Part shown: positions 20,622 to 30,733 of the stretch, piece after piece
Position numbering within the stretch: position 1 is the first letter of the stretch
How the letters are laid out: every line of letters begins with the position of its first letter
The notes under the pieces: generated by a model
The model's input: only the letters and a program-made list of their open reading frames with translations
Told to the model about the DNA's origin: nothing
Databases searched by the model: none
Made by a program: the position numbers and the translations under genes
NCBI GenBank assembly: GCA_046760505.1
Contig: JBHIEG010000007.1
Coordinates: 17,577-81,576 of the forward strand
Direction: 5' to 3'
From: Candidatus Hydrothermarchaeota archaeon
Lineage (GTDB): Archaea; CAYFZR01
DNA length: 64,000 bases

Positions 20622-21572
20622 ATGGAACTGGTTGACAGGTTATTAAAAGGAGATGAAAGAGCCGTAGCAAGATTGATAACGTTACTGGAAAACAGATCTT
20701 CAATAGCAAGAGAAGCCATAAGACTTCTCTATCCATACACCGGGAACGCATACGTGATCGGAATAACAGGAGCACCTGGAGTCGGTAAAAGTACTTTAAT
20801 CGATAGAATAGCCAGAGAATACAGAAAAGAGGACAAAAAAATAGGAATATTGGTCATAGATCCCAACAGTCCGTTTACCGGGGGTGCAATATTCGGTGAT
20901 AGGATAAGAATGATGGGATTAAGCACAGACAAGGATGTTTTCATAAGGAGTATGGGTTCTAGAAGCAAAAAAGGAGGACTAGCACCAGCGATACACGATG
21001 CAATAAGAGTTTTAGATGCATTTGGAAAACAAATAATCCTTGTAGAAACCATGGGTATCGGTCAGGCAGAAGTTGATATTGTAAAGGTAGCAGATACAGC
21101 CATAGTTGTCTCTGTTCCCGGGTTAGGCAATAGCATCCAGACCATTAAGGCAGGAGTGATGGAGATCGCAGACATATTTGTCGTAAACAAGGCTGATCAC
21201 CCATTCGCAGATAGGGTTGTATATGAGATTGAATCAATGCTTGATCTAGATCTAAGTGCATCAAAAGAAGAGTGGAGACCTCCGGTGATAAAAACTTCAG
21301 CAGAAAAAGGGGAGGGAATTTTAGATCTGATTAAAGCAATAGAGAACCACAGGACGTATCTACATGAATCGAACAGAATTGATTACAAAAGAAGAAAAAG
21401 AATTGAAAACGAATTGATAGAAGTAATTAGAGATATGTGCACAGAAAATTTATTGAAAAAAATGGAAGAAAATAAAATATTCGAAAAATTTATTGATGAA
21501 ATGGTCAATGAAAAGAAAGATCCTTATTTTATTGCTGAAAAATTCATTAGGGAGTGGATCAGAATTGATTGA
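20622..21572 (+). CDS. meaB: MeaB/ArgK GTPase chaperone of the mutase
   Basis: [54 protein letters not shown]. Confidence 0.93.
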   Translation: MELVDRLLKGDERAVARLITLLENRSSIAREAIRLLYPYTGNAYVIGITGAPGVGKSTLIDRIAREYRKEDKKIGILVIDPNSPFTGGAIFGDRIRMMGLSTDKDVFIRSMGSRSKKGGLAPAIHDAIRVLDAFGKQIILVETMGIGQAEVDIVKVADTAIVVSVPGLGNSIQTIKAGVMEIADIFVVNKADHPFADRVVYEIESMLDLDLSASKEEWRPPVIKTSAEKGEGILDLIKAIENHRTYLHESNRIDYKRRKRIENELIEVIRDMCTENLLKKMEENKIFEKFIDEMVNEKKDPYFIAEKFIREWIRID

Positions 21573-23241
21573 AAAAGAATACCTGGAAAAAATAAAGGAT
21601 GAAGAAGAGAAGTGGGAAAACACAACCTTAAAGAAAGTACTGGAAAAATTCCCGGAAAGAAAAAAGGAATTTCTTTCTGAATCAAGAATATCCATAAAGA
21701 GAGTGTATACACCGAAAGATATCGAAGATACAGATTACATCAATGATATAGGTCTTCCTGGAGAGTATCCGTATACAAGAGGAATTCAACCCACGATGTA
21801 CAGGGGAAAAGTCTGGACAATGAGGCAGTACTCAGGTTTTGGTACTGCAGAAGAAACAAATGAGAGGTTTAAATATCTTCTAGAGCAGGGACAGACAGGT
21901 CTCAGTATAGCCTTTGATCTTCCTACCCAAATAGGTCTTGACTCTGACCATCCCCTTGCTTATGGAGAAATAGGCAGAACTGGGGTCGCCATAGATTCCC
22001 TTAAAGACATGGAAATACTGTTTGAAGGAATCCCCCTCGATAAGGTGAGTACTTCAATGACCATCAACGCACCTGCATGCGTACTACTGGCCATGTACAT
22101 CGTTCTTGCAGAGAAACAGGGCATCCCTCTGGACAAACTAAACGGAACAATTCAGAATGATATCTTAAAGGAATATATAGCAAGGAATACCTACATATTC
22201 GCCCCTTTACCATCCATGAAACTGATAACCGACATATTTGAATTCTGTACAAAAAATATGCCTAGATGGAATTTCATAAGCGTGAGCGGCTACCACATAA
22301 GAGAAGCAGGAGCAACAGCGGTTCAAGAACTGGCATTTACCTTTGCAAATGCCATGACTTATATTGATTATGCGATAAAGCGCGGTTTAGATGTAGATGA
22401 ATTTGCGGCTCGGATATCATTCTTCTTCAGTTCTTCAAGTGATTTATTTGAAGAAGTGGCAAAGTTTAGGGCAGCTAGAAGAATATGGGCTAAAATAATG
22501 AGAAATAAGTTTAAAGCAAAAAATCCAAGATCCTGGCTCTTAAGATTTCATGTTCAGACAGCAGGCAATACTCTAACTGCTCAACAGCCAGAAAATAACA
22601 TAGTTAGAGTAACACTACAAGCGTTAGCAGCGGTTTTGGGAGGTGCCCAGTCTTTACACACAAATTCTATGGATGAGGCATACTGCTTGCCAAGCGAACA
22701 AGCCGTAAGAACCGCACTGAGGACCCAGCAAATTATAGCCTATGAAAGCGGTGTAACCAATACGGTAGATCCTCTGGGAGGGTCTTACTACATAGAAGCA
22801 CTGACAAATGAAATTGAAAAACAGGTATGGGAATACCTAGAAAAGCTAGAGGAAATAGGAGTCGTGAACGCTATAGAAAGTGGCTTTATACAATCAGAGA
22901 TTCAAAGCAGCGCGTACAAATACACAAAAGAGATTGAAAGCAAGGAAAGAATAGTGGTAGGCGTCAACAGCTACCAGATAGAAGAAGAAGAGAAATTGGA
23001 ACTCTTAAGACCTAATCCTGCTGTAGAGGCAATGCAACTGGAGAGGTTAAGGAAGGTTAAGGAAGAAAGAGATGGTAAAAAAGTAGAAGAAGCTCTAGAA
23101 AAACTCAGAGAAACAGCAAAAAAGGAAGAAAATGTTATGCCTCCAATAATAGAAGCTGTTAGATCTTACGCAACAATTGGTGAGATTTGTGATGTTCTGA
23201 GAGAGGTATACGGAGAATATCAGCCAATTACAGTACTGTAG
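21565..23241 (+). CDS. methylmalonyl-CoA mutase catalytic (large) subunit
   Basis: [17 protein letters not shown] (Tyr determinant), [14 protein letters not shown] (Arg determinant), [19 protein letters not shown]; TTG start at 21565 after GGAGTG. Confidence 0.93.
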   Translation: MIEKEYLEKIKDEEEKWENTTLKKVLEKFPERKKEFLSESRISIKRVYTPKDIEDTDYINDIGLPGEYPYTRGIQPTMYRGKVWTMRQYSGFGTAEETNERFKYLLEQGQTGLSIAFDLPTQIGLDSDHPLAYGEIGRTGVAIDSLKDMEILFEGIPLDKVSTSMTINAPACVLLAMYIVLAEKQGIPLDKLNGTIQNDILKEYIARNTYIFAPLPSMKLITDIFEFCTKNMPRWNFISVSGYHIREAGATAVQELAFTFANAMTYIDYAIKRGLDVDEFAARISFFFSSSSDLFEEVAKFRAARRIWAKIMRNKFKAKNPRSWLLRFHVQTAGNTLTAQQPENNIVRVTLQALAAVLGGAQSLHTNSMDEAYCLPSEQAVRTALRTQQIIAYESGVTNTVDPLGGSYYIEALTNEIEKQVWEYLEKLEEIGVVNAIESGFIQSEIQSSAYKYTKEIESKERIVVGVNSYQIEEEEKLELLRPNPAVEAMQLERLRKVKEERDGKKVEEALEKLRETAKKEENVMPPIIEAVRSYATIGEICDVLREVYGEYQPITVL

Positions 23242-23249
23242 GTAATGAA

Positions 23250-23786
23250 ATGGTAAGAAAAAGGTTAGTACAGGTTTACACAGGAAATGGCAAAGGAAAG
23301 ACAACCGCCAGTTTAGGACTGGCAATGCGAGCCGTAGGACATGGATTGAAGGTATACATGATTCAATTCTTAAAGGGAAACGGAAAGAAAGGAAATTTCT
23401 ACGGAGAACTAAACTTGGCCAAAGAGATTCCAAATCTAACGATTGTCCAGTTTGGAAGACCTGTTTGGCTCGACAAGCATACAATAGACGAAGAAGACTT
23501 AATAAGAGCAAGAAAAGGACTAATGCATGCTAAAGAGATTATTTCGAGCAAAGAATACGATATCGTAATACTGGACGAGATAAACGTGGCAATGGATTAT
23601 GGCCTCATAGACGTAAAGGAAGTAATGGATTTAATAAAAAATAAACCTGAAGAGGTAGAAATTGTATTAACTGGAAGGTATGCGCCGGAAGAGATTATAA
23701 AAATCGCTGATCTTGTAACAGAAATGAGGAATATAAAACATCCGTATGAAAAAGGAATAAAATCTAGAAAGGGCATAGACAGGTGA
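23250..23786 (+). CDS. cobO: cob(I)alamin adenosyltransferase (CobO/BtuR)
   Basis: [41 protein letters not shown]. Confidence 0.93.
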   Translation: MVRKRLVQVYTGNGKGKTTASLGLAMRAVGHGLKVYMIQFLKGNGKKGNFYGELNLAKEIPNLTIVQFGRPVWLDKHTIDEEDLIRARKGLMHAKEIISSKEYDIVILDEINVAMDYGLIDVKEVMDLIKNKPEEVEIVLTGRYAPEEIIKIADLVTEMRNIKHPYEKGIKSRKGIDR

Positions 23787-23790
23787 TAAA

Positions 23791-24201
23791 ATGATAAAAA
23801 AAATTCAGCACATAGGTGTTGCTGTTAAAGACTTAAAGTCTGCGATGGATTTTTATGAAAACGTTTTGGGACTGAAGGTAAAGCATGTAGAGGTCATAGA
23901 AGACCAAAAAGTAAAGGTCGCTTTCATTCCAATTGGAGAGACCAACATAGAATTACTTGAAGCAACTGAAGAGGATAGCCCGGTCGCAAGGCACATAGAA
24001 AAGCGAGGTGAAGGATTGCACCACATAGCACTAGCGGTAGACGACATAGAGAAGGTATTGGAAGATGTAAGGAACAAAGGAGTCACACTGATAGATGAAA
24101 AGCCAAGAATCGGGGCCCATAATGATAAAATAGCATTTCTTCATCCAAAATCTACATACAAAGTTCTTTTAGAACTGGTTGAAGAATTTAAAGAACAATA
24201 A
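23791..24201 (+). CDS. mce: methylmalonyl-CoA epimerase
   Basis: [32 protein letters not shown]...ELVE; VOC fold in mutase operon. Confidence 0.93.
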   Translation: MIKKIQHIGVAVKDLKSAMDFYENVLGLKVKHVEVIEDQKVKVAFIPIGETNIELLEATEEDSPVARHIEKRGEGLHHIALAVDDIEKVLEDVRNKGVTLIDEKPRIGAHNDKIAFLHPKSTYKVLLELVEEFKEQ

Positions 24202-24299
24202 CTAGTTATATTCAAAAAAAGGCGTAAAAAACTGTTAAATCTTTGAGAAGTAGAAAGAGTTATATTTGCCTCTCATCAAGGTTGAGGTAGGTTGTTGGT

Positions 24300-25130
24300 A
24301 TGGCAATTACTAGAGAGGATGTCATAGATTCGGTAGAAAAAATATTGAGGGAAGCCGTAATTAAGCTTCCTGAAGACGTTATATTTTGTTTGAAATCCTC
24401 GCTGAAAAAGGAACGTAATGAAAGGGCAAGAGCCACCCTCAACACGATTCTAGAGAATGTAAGGGTAGCAGCGGAAAGAAACATACCAATGTGCCAAGAT
24501 ACAGGAATACCTATATTCTTCGTCGATCTTGGAAGAGATTTGAACCTAGACTTCGATCTCAAGGAGGCAATAACGGAAGGAGTTAGAAAGGCTACCAAGG
24601 AGATACCTCTAAGACCCAATGCGGTACATCCGCTTACCAGGGAAAACTCAGGAGACAATACAGGTCCTGGAATGCCTGATATCACCTTAGATCTCGTGGA
24701 AGGAAGTTCAATGAAGATAACTGTAGCGCCTAAGGGCGCGGGCTCAGAAAACATGAGTGCTTTAAGAATGCTAAGTCCGGGTCAGGCAAAAGAGGTTGAT
24801 CGCATAATCGTAGAGACGGTTAAAAATGCTGGAGGAAGACCTTGTCCACCAGTCATCGTTGGAGTTGGAATTGGAGGATCATTCGATGAATCTGCTAAAC
24901 TTGCAAAGAAGGCCATACTTAGGGATCTTAGAGAGAAGCCAAGTAAGATGGAAAAGGAAGTGCTTGAAAAAATAAATTCTTTGGGAATCGGTCCGATGGG
25001 TCTTGGTGGGAATACCACTGCATTGAAGGTAAACATAGAATTCGCCCACTGTCACACCGCATCTCTTCCCTTGGCGATAAACATTCAATGCTGGGCTGAT
25101 AGAAAGGCGAGCGTTGTACTGGGTGGTTGA
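24300..25130 (+). CDS. fumA: class I (Fe-S) fumarate hydratase alpha subunit
   Basis: [50 protein letters not shown]. Confidence 0.9.
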   Translation: MAITREDVIDSVEKILREAVIKLPEDVIFCLKSSLKKERNERARATLNTILENVRVAAERNIPMCQDTGIPIFFVDLGRDLNLDFDLKEAITEGVRKATKEIPLRPNAVHPLTRENSGDNTGPGMPDITLDLVEGSSMKITVAPKGAGSENMSALRMLSPGQAKEVDRIIVETVKNAGGRPCPPVIVGVGIGGSFDESAKLAKKAILRDLREKPSKMEKEVLEKINSLGIGPMGLGGNTTALKVNIEFAHCHTASLPLAINIQCWADRKASVVLGG

Positions 25131-25131
25131 G

Positions 25132-25707
25132 ATGGAATATACACTAAATACACCTTTAAGCTTGGAGGATATTTCTCAACTTAAGGCAGGGGACATAGTT
25201 TATTTAAACGGCATAGTGCTTACCGCTAGAGATGAAGCCCATGAAAGAATCTTGAAATACAGAAAAGAAAGTAAGAAACTGCCCTTTGAATTAAATGGCT
25301 CCGCTATATACCATTGCGGACCACTGATGAAGAAGGAAAATGAAAAATGGAAGGTAGTAGCAGCTGGTCCGACTACTAGCGTGAGGATGAATAAAACTAC
25401 GCCAGAATTACTCAAGTATTTTGAAGTTAGAGCATTGATAGGAAAAGGCGGGATGAGCGAGATCACCGAGCATTTAAAGGGAAAATGCGTTTACCTTGCA
25501 TATACAGGAGGATGTGCTGCCCTCGCAGCGGATAGAATAAAGGAGACAAAAGATGTATTCTGGCTAGATCTTGGGATGCCAGAGGCGGTATGGGTATTCG
25601 AAGTGCAGAACTTCGGACCTTTAATAGTAGGGAGCGACGTAGAGGGAAATGATTTATTCAGAGATGTAATGGAAAATGCCACGAAAAAAATGAAAAAACT
25701 ATTTTAG
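25132..25707 (+). CDS. fumB: class I fumarate hydratase beta subunit
   Basis: TARDEAH, YHCGP, AAGPTTS.RM, IGKGGM, LGMPEA, FGPLIV. Confidence 0.9.
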   Translation: MEYTLNTPLSLEDISQLKAGDIVYLNGIVLTARDEAHERILKYRKESKKLPFELNGSAIYHCGPLMKKENEKWKVVAAGPTTSVRMNKTTPELLKYFEVRALIGKGGMSEITEHLKGKCVYLAYTGGCAALAADRIKETKDVFWLDLGMPEAVWVFEVQNFGPLIVGSDVEGNDLFRDVMENATKKMKKLF

Positions 25708-25719
25708 GGAGATGTTAAA

Positions 25720-27405
25720 TTGGAGGTCCATGAGACAGATGTTCTAATCATAGGAGGTGGCGGTGCTGGCTGCAGGGCCGCCATAGAAGCATCTGAAAAA
25801 AATGTTGACGTAATAGTGATGGTGAAAAGTTTAGTCGGAAAGAGCGGATGCACTCCCATGGCTGAAGGCGGCTATAACGCGGCTTTGGGAAATATACACA
25901 AAGAAGATTCCTGGGAAGTTCATTTTAGAGATACGGTAATAGGGGGAGCCTACTTAAATAATCAAAAACTGGTAGAAATATTGGTTAAGGAGGCTCCAGA
26001 GAGGATATACGATCTCGAGAATTACGGCGCAGTCTTTGATAGAACAGAGGAAGGATATATAGCACAAAGACCTTTTGGACATCAAACCTATATCAGGACC
26101 TGTTATGCCAGCGATAGAACCGGTCATGAAATGATGATCACTCTTTTAAACGAGATTAGGAGGAGAGACATCACTCTGATAGAAGACCATATGGCTATTG
26201 AGCTTCTAAAATACGATAGCAGAGTTACCGGTGCCATAGCACTCGACATGATAAGCGGAGATCTTGCATTGATAAAGTCTAAAGCCACCATACTTGCTAC
26301 GGGTGGAGGATCAAGAATATATAAGATCTCTACGAACTCTCAGCAAACCTGCGGAGATGGCTATGCAATGGCTTATAGAGCGGGAGCAGAGTTAATAGAC
26401 ATGGAACAGGTTCAATTTCACCCTACAGGAATGGTATTTCCTGAATCTGCGAAGGGAATTCTGGTAACCGAAGCAGTAAGGGGAGAAGGAGGCATTTTAC
26501 TAAACAAAGATGGAGAGAGGTTCATGTTAAGATATTCCCCTGAGAAAAAAGAACTCGCAGGAAGAGACGTTGTTGCAAGGGCAATAGCCACTGAAATATT
26601 AGAGGGAAGAGGTACCAAAGAGGGTGGCGTTTATCTCGATGTATCTCATCTCGATGAGGAGGTTATTGAAAAGAGACTGGAAACGATGTTTGAGCAGTTC
26701 ATGTTATTTGGTGTAGACATAAGAAAGGAGCCAATGCAAGTGGCTCCTACCGCACATCACTTTATGGGAGGAGTTAGAATAGATGAGCAGTGCAGAACCT
26801 CTCTTCCCGGCCTATATGCTGCAGGAGAGACTGCAGGAGGCGTTCATGGAGGTAATCGGCTCGGAGGGAATGCTTTAGCGGATACGCAGGTATTCGGTAA
26901 GAGAGCAGGAGAATATGCTGCTGAATACGCTAAAAAGACTGGTAAGCCCAAGATAGAGAGACAATTTGTTGAAAAAGTTGAGAAAGGGGTTTACTCGCTA
27001 TACAACGGAGAGGGAGTTTCTCCAATAGAAGCAAAAAAACGTTTGACAGAGATTATGTGGGACAAGGTAGGGATATTTAGAGAAGAAAAAGCCATGAGTG
27101 AGGCTCTAAAAGAATTAGAACGAATGAAAAAGGAAGATTTGCAAAATTTAAGAGTTAATGAGGGAAAAACTTATAATTTAGAACTGATTGAGGCGCTTCA
27201 ATTAAGAAATATGGTTACCGTAGCAGAGATGGTTACCAGATCAGCGCTCTATAGAAAGGAAAGCAGGGGCGCTCATTGCAGACTTGACTTTAAGGAAAAA
27301 GATGACAAAAACTGGCTTGTAAACGTAATAGTAAAACAAAAAAACGGTAAGATGACGATTTACACAGAGCCAGTTGTTTTTACGATTCTAAGGCCAGGTG
27401 GTTGA
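25720..27405 (+). CDS. tfrA: thiol:fumarate reductase flavoprotein subunit A
   Basis: GGGGAG, SGCTPMAEGG (no covalent-FAD His), QRPFG, QFHPTG, TEAVRGEGG, RDVVAR, AHHFMGG, HGGNRLGGNAL, ESRGAH. Confidence 0.9.
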   Translation: MEVHETDVLIIGGGGAGCRAAIEASEKNVDVIVMVKSLVGKSGCTPMAEGGYNAALGNIHKEDSWEVHFRDTVIGGAYLNNQKLVEILVKEAPERIYDLENYGAVFDRTEEGYIAQRPFGHQTYIRTCYASDRTGHEMMITLLNEIRRRDITLIEDHMAIELLKYDSRVTGAIALDMISGDLALIKSKATILATGGGSRIYKISTNSQQTCGDGYAMAYRAGAELIDMEQVQFHPTGMVFPESAKGILVTEAVRGEGGILLNKDGERFMLRYSPEKKELAGRDVVARAIATEILEGRGTKEGGVYLDVSHLDEEVIEKRLETMFEQFMLFGVDIRKEPMQVAPTAHHFMGGVRIDEQCRTSLPGLYAAGETAGGVHGGNRLGGNALADTQVFGKRAGEYAAEYAKKTGKPKIERQFVEKVEKGVYSLYNGEGVSPIEAKKRLTEIMWDKVGIFREEKAMSEALKELERMKKEDLQNLRVNEGKTYNLELIEALQLRNMVTVAEMVTRSALYRKESRGAHCRLDFKEKDDKNWLVNVIVKQKNGKMTIYTEPVVFTILRPGG

Positions 27406-28933
27406 TTTGGATCTCAAGGTTAGGGTACTTAGATACGATCCTTTAATGGATGATGAGCCCAGATTTGTCGAATATTCCGTTCCGTATCAGCAGTACATGA
27501 CTGTTTTAGACGTTTTACAATATATTTATGAAAACTACGATTCAACTCTCTCTTTCAAATGGGGGTGCAGAGCAGGTCAGTGTGGATCGTGCACCGTGGT
27601 GTATAACGAAAAACCCTCTTTGGCATGCAGAACAAAGATCGATCCTGAGCAAGATGTTGAAATAAGCCCTCTACCATATTTTCCGATTGTAAAAGATCTT
27701 GTTGTAAATACGGAGAAGATACGTGAGAAATTGATAAGGGCTTTACCCTTCCTAGAATCAATGAAAAAGATAGAAAGACCTTACAAAGTAAAACAGGAAG
27801 AAATAGAATCCATAGTAGATCTCAGGAAATGCATAGAATGTTATTCATGCGTAGCAACGTGTCCAGTAATAGATCAGGCATGGCAAGATTATGGAAGTCC
27901 TTTTGTTATGAGAGAAGTTGGCAGGTGGGCGTTCGATAAAAGAGATTCATTAGACAGGATAAAAATAGCCATGTTAAACGGGCTCTATAATTGTACCACG
28001 TGCGGAAGTTGCAAAGAAGTCTGCTACAAAAACATTGATATTCCAGAGAAAGCAATAGAAAAACTAAGAAATCTCGCGGTCATAGAGGGATTGGCGCCAT
28101 TGCCGCCTCATAAGACGTTGATAGCAAGCATACAAAATTACTGGAATCCATGGCTTCAGCCAAGGGCAGCGAGAGCAAAGTGGGCTAAGAAGATGAAATT
28201 GAAAGATGAAGGTGACACTCTATTTTTCGCGGGATGTTCTCCATCTTTGCTGTTAAAAAATCTTCCCTTATCGAGTATGGAAATACTGAATTCGTTGAAC
28301 AAAGACGTTGCGTATTTGGGAAGGAACGAAAGGTGCTGCGGCAGTCCATTGTTAAGACTAGGAGATTTAGAACTTTTTGATGAAATAGGAAGATCGAACA
28401 TAGAGGAATTCAAAAAAGCAGGAGCAGAAAGAATCATTGTTACGTGCGCAGGCTGTTACAAAGCCCTTAAAGTCGATTATCCAAATTTCTTCGGTGATTT
28501 CGACTTTGAAGTAAAGCACATTTCCGAAGTAATCGCTGACGAGATAAGAGAAGGCAATGTTGATTTTAAAGAAAAATACGATATGAAAGTTACATATCAT
28601 GATCCCTGTCATTTAGGCAGGGCAGGAGGGGTATATGATGCTCCAAGAGAAATTATAAAAGCCATTCCTGGTTTAGAATTGATTGAAATGAACAGGAAAA
28701 GGGAAATAAGTGCTTGCTGTGGAAGCGGAGGAGGTCTAAAGACTTATAAACCAGATCTTGCCATGTCCATAGGCGGTAAAAGAGTCGAAATGGCGAAGAA
28801 TACTGGAGCAGAGTATATACTGACGTGTTGTCCTTGGTGCGAGCAAAATCTTGATGATAGCGCTAAAAAGGCGAATATAGACATGAAAACCATAGACTTG
28901 GTTGATATCGTAGTAGAGGTACTTGAGGTGTAA
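27398..28933 (+). CDS. tfrB: thiol:fumarate reductase subunit B ([2Fe-2S] + 2x[4Fe-4S] + HdrD-like CCG domains)
   Basis: CRAGQCGSC, CIECYSCVATCP, CTTCGSCKEVC, CCGSP, YHDPCHLGR, CCGSGGG; no membrane anchor gene. Confidence 0.9.
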   Translation: MVDLDLKVRVLRYDPLMDDEPRFVEYSVPYQQYMTVLDVLQYIYENYDSTLSFKWGCRAGQCGSCTVVYNEKPSLACRTKIDPEQDVEISPLPYFPIVKDLVVNTEKIREKLIRALPFLESMKKIERPYKVKQEEIESIVDLRKCIECYSCVATCPVIDQAWQDYGSPFVMREVGRWAFDKRDSLDRIKIAMLNGLYNCTTCGSCKEVCYKNIDIPEKAIEKLRNLAVIEGLAPLPPHKTLIASIQNYWNPWLQPRAARAKWAKKMKLKDEGDTLFFAGCSPSLLLKNLPLSSMEILNSLNKDVAYLGRNERCCGSPLLRLGDLELFDEIGRSNIEEFKKAGAERIIVTCAGCYKALKVDYPNFFGDFDFEVKHISEVIADEIREGNVDFKEKYDMKVTYHDPCHLGRAGGVYDAPREIIKAIPGLELIEMNRKREISACCGSGGGLKTYKPDLAMSIGGKRVEMAKNTGAEYILTCCPWCEQNLDDSAKKANIDMKTIDLVDIVVEVLEV

Positions 28934-28935
28934 TT

Positions 28936-29280
28936 ATGACTTTAAATATAGATCCCCTGAAATGTGTTGGATGTGGAGCATGCGAAGTAGCATGTAGTTT
29001 TCATAGGGATGAGACCTTTTCAACCCTCTCTTCAAGTATAATGTTATATAAAGAGGAGAAGAAAAACTACTTCGGCGTTATGTTAAAGAGAGAAGAAGAT
29101 CTTGTCCTCGGTAGACCCGAGGGACTAGAAATAAAAAGGATAGAAGATATTTCTGAGGAAGCAGGAGAAGAAGCAGCCAGCTCAAAGCCAATATTGTTAA
29201 GAGAATCCTGCGATTTATGCGAAGACGAAGAACCCTATTGCGTGAGATTTTGCCCTACCAACGCTATAACAGGAGGATAA
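28936..29280 (+). CDS. 4Fe-4S ferredoxin-like small subunit (AOR/WOR-associated type)
   Basis: CVGCGACEVAC...CDLC.....CVRFCP separated by an acidic insert. Confidence 0.8.
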   Translation: MTLNIDPLKCVGCGACEVACSFHRDETFSTLSSSIMLYKEEKKNYFGVMLKREEDLVLGRPEGLEIKRIEDISEEAGEEAASSKPILLRESCDLCEDEEPYCVRFCPTNAITGG

Positions 29281-29281
29281 A

Positions 29282-30709
29282 ATGACGGAATACTTGTATT
29301 CAGGATTAGTATTGATAGTTGATCTTGAAAAAGAAGAAACAGAAGAAATTGACCTGGAAGATGAATTAATAGAGGAGAAAATAGGTGGTGCAGCGGTAAA
29401 CATAGCCTTATATGAAGAACACAAAGAAGATGATCCTATAATACTGGGAACAGGTATTTTTACAAGTACATTGGTTCCGGGCTCCGCCTTAGGAATAATA
29501 ACTGCCAAGAGCCCGATAAATAAAAGGGTATGTCACGTTCCAATTACGCTCTTCGCGGGCTGTGATTTAAAACTCAGTGGATTTGACTTCGTTGTAATCA
29601 AAGGAAAGGCAGAAACTCCTGTCTATCTCTGGCTACGCGATATGATAGCGGATATTCATGACGCGAGTGAGGTTTGGAATAAGGATACATGGGAAACCAC
29701 TGATTATTTGCGCTCAGAACTAGGGGAAGAACGTATCCAAGTACTAAATATAGGTACTGCAGGAGAAAACAAGGTTGACATCTCTCAAATCTGCAATAAC
29801 TACTGGGGATCTGCTGATAGATTTGGTATTGCCAGTATTTTCGGAGATAAAAATCTGAAAGCCATTGCTATGAGAGGTCTAGGAGAACTAGAGATAAAGG
29901 ATCCGAAAAGTTTCTTTGATAAAGCCCTCGAATTACTCGAGGTCGCTAGAAATAGAAAGATCGACGTTTTAGATCTCATGCCAAATGGAAGAGCGGAAAT
30001 AGAAAATATGCTCCATAGAAGAGTTTCCTGCTTTAACTGCGGATACGCATGTAATTTATTTTTGAAATTCAGAGAGGACCCTAAGGTAATGGTTTCTTCT
30101 CATATAGAAGAACCAGGAATACTTGTTCAAGATATCTCTCATCTGATCGGTTTCTCCAATTTTAAACTATCGCTGGCAGAGATTATCGAAGTGATAGAAA
30201 AGTGCTACAGATTAGGGCTGGATCCTGTATCAGTAAGTAAAATTGCAAGGGGAGATTCTAAGGAAAAAGTTATGAGAGAAATAGAGGGATTCGCAAGCGG
30301 CACTTACGACTTGCCCGAGGCAAGATTTGACGGAATAATACCCTATCCAACCATAAAGGACTCGGGCCTTCTCCAAGGATTTGGAATATTCTCAAATTGG
30401 ATGACTTTACATATCGGAGATGTTACAGATATCACCGAGGCAGAAGCTTGGGTATACAGAAATGCCCTCTCCTACATACTCGGAATCTGCCCGATACTCA
30501 TGTTGGGAGCAAATTTTAACGAAAAAGATCTTCTTGAGCTAATAAATCTCGGAACGGAATTCGAAATAGACTCAGAGACTCTAAGCGATAAAATAAAAAA
30601 TATGGTTGGAGATAGCATCAAACTCGGAGGAGAAGAGAGAGACATCCACAATTCTCTTAAAAGCGGGGATTTCGATTCGAATTTAAAAGATCTCCTAAGA
30701 AAATTCTGA
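29282..30709 (+). CDS. aldehyde:ferredoxin oxidoreductase-family protein, shortened/degenerate
   Basis: AOR N-domain (IGG, AKSP, LKLSGFDFVVIKGKAETPVYL, IGTAGEN, KNLKAIA), CFNCGYAC, RLGLD, LGIC; only 475 aa. Confidence 0.75.
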   Translation: MTEYLYSGLVLIVDLEKEETEEIDLEDELIEEKIGGAAVNIALYEEHKEDDPIILGTGIFTSTLVPGSALGIITAKSPINKRVCHVPITLFAGCDLKLSGFDFVVIKGKAETPVYLWLRDMIADIHDASEVWNKDTWETTDYLRSELGEERIQVLNIGTAGENKVDISQICNNYWGSADRFGIASIFGDKNLKAIAMRGLGELEIKDPKSFFDKALELLEVARNRKIDVLDLMPNGRAEIENMLHRRVSCFNCGYACNLFLKFREDPKVMVSSHIEEPGILVQDISHLIGFSNFKLSLAEIIEVIEKCYRLGLDPVSVSKIARGDSKEKVMREIEGFASGTYDLPEARFDGIIPYPTIKDSGLLQGFGIFSNWMTLHIGDVTDITEAEAWVYRNALSYILGICPILMLGANFNEKDLLELINLGTEFEIDSETLSDKIKNMVGDSIKLGGEERDIHNSLKSGDFDSNLKDLLRKF

Positions 30710-30733
30710 AGATTTCCCCATATTATTCCATCA

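Noticed and set aside
21565-23241. Mutase as isobutyryl-CoA or other acyl-CoA mutase (alkane metabolism)
   Set aside because: It has RQY (Tyr) and YIARNTY (Arg) determinants of methylmalonyl-CoA mutase and sits with the epimerase and SucCD
25720-28933. Membrane succinate dehydrogenase/quinol:fumarate reductase
   Set aside because: No covalent-FAD His, CCG domains fused to the Fe-S subunit and no anchor subunits, which is the Tfr type
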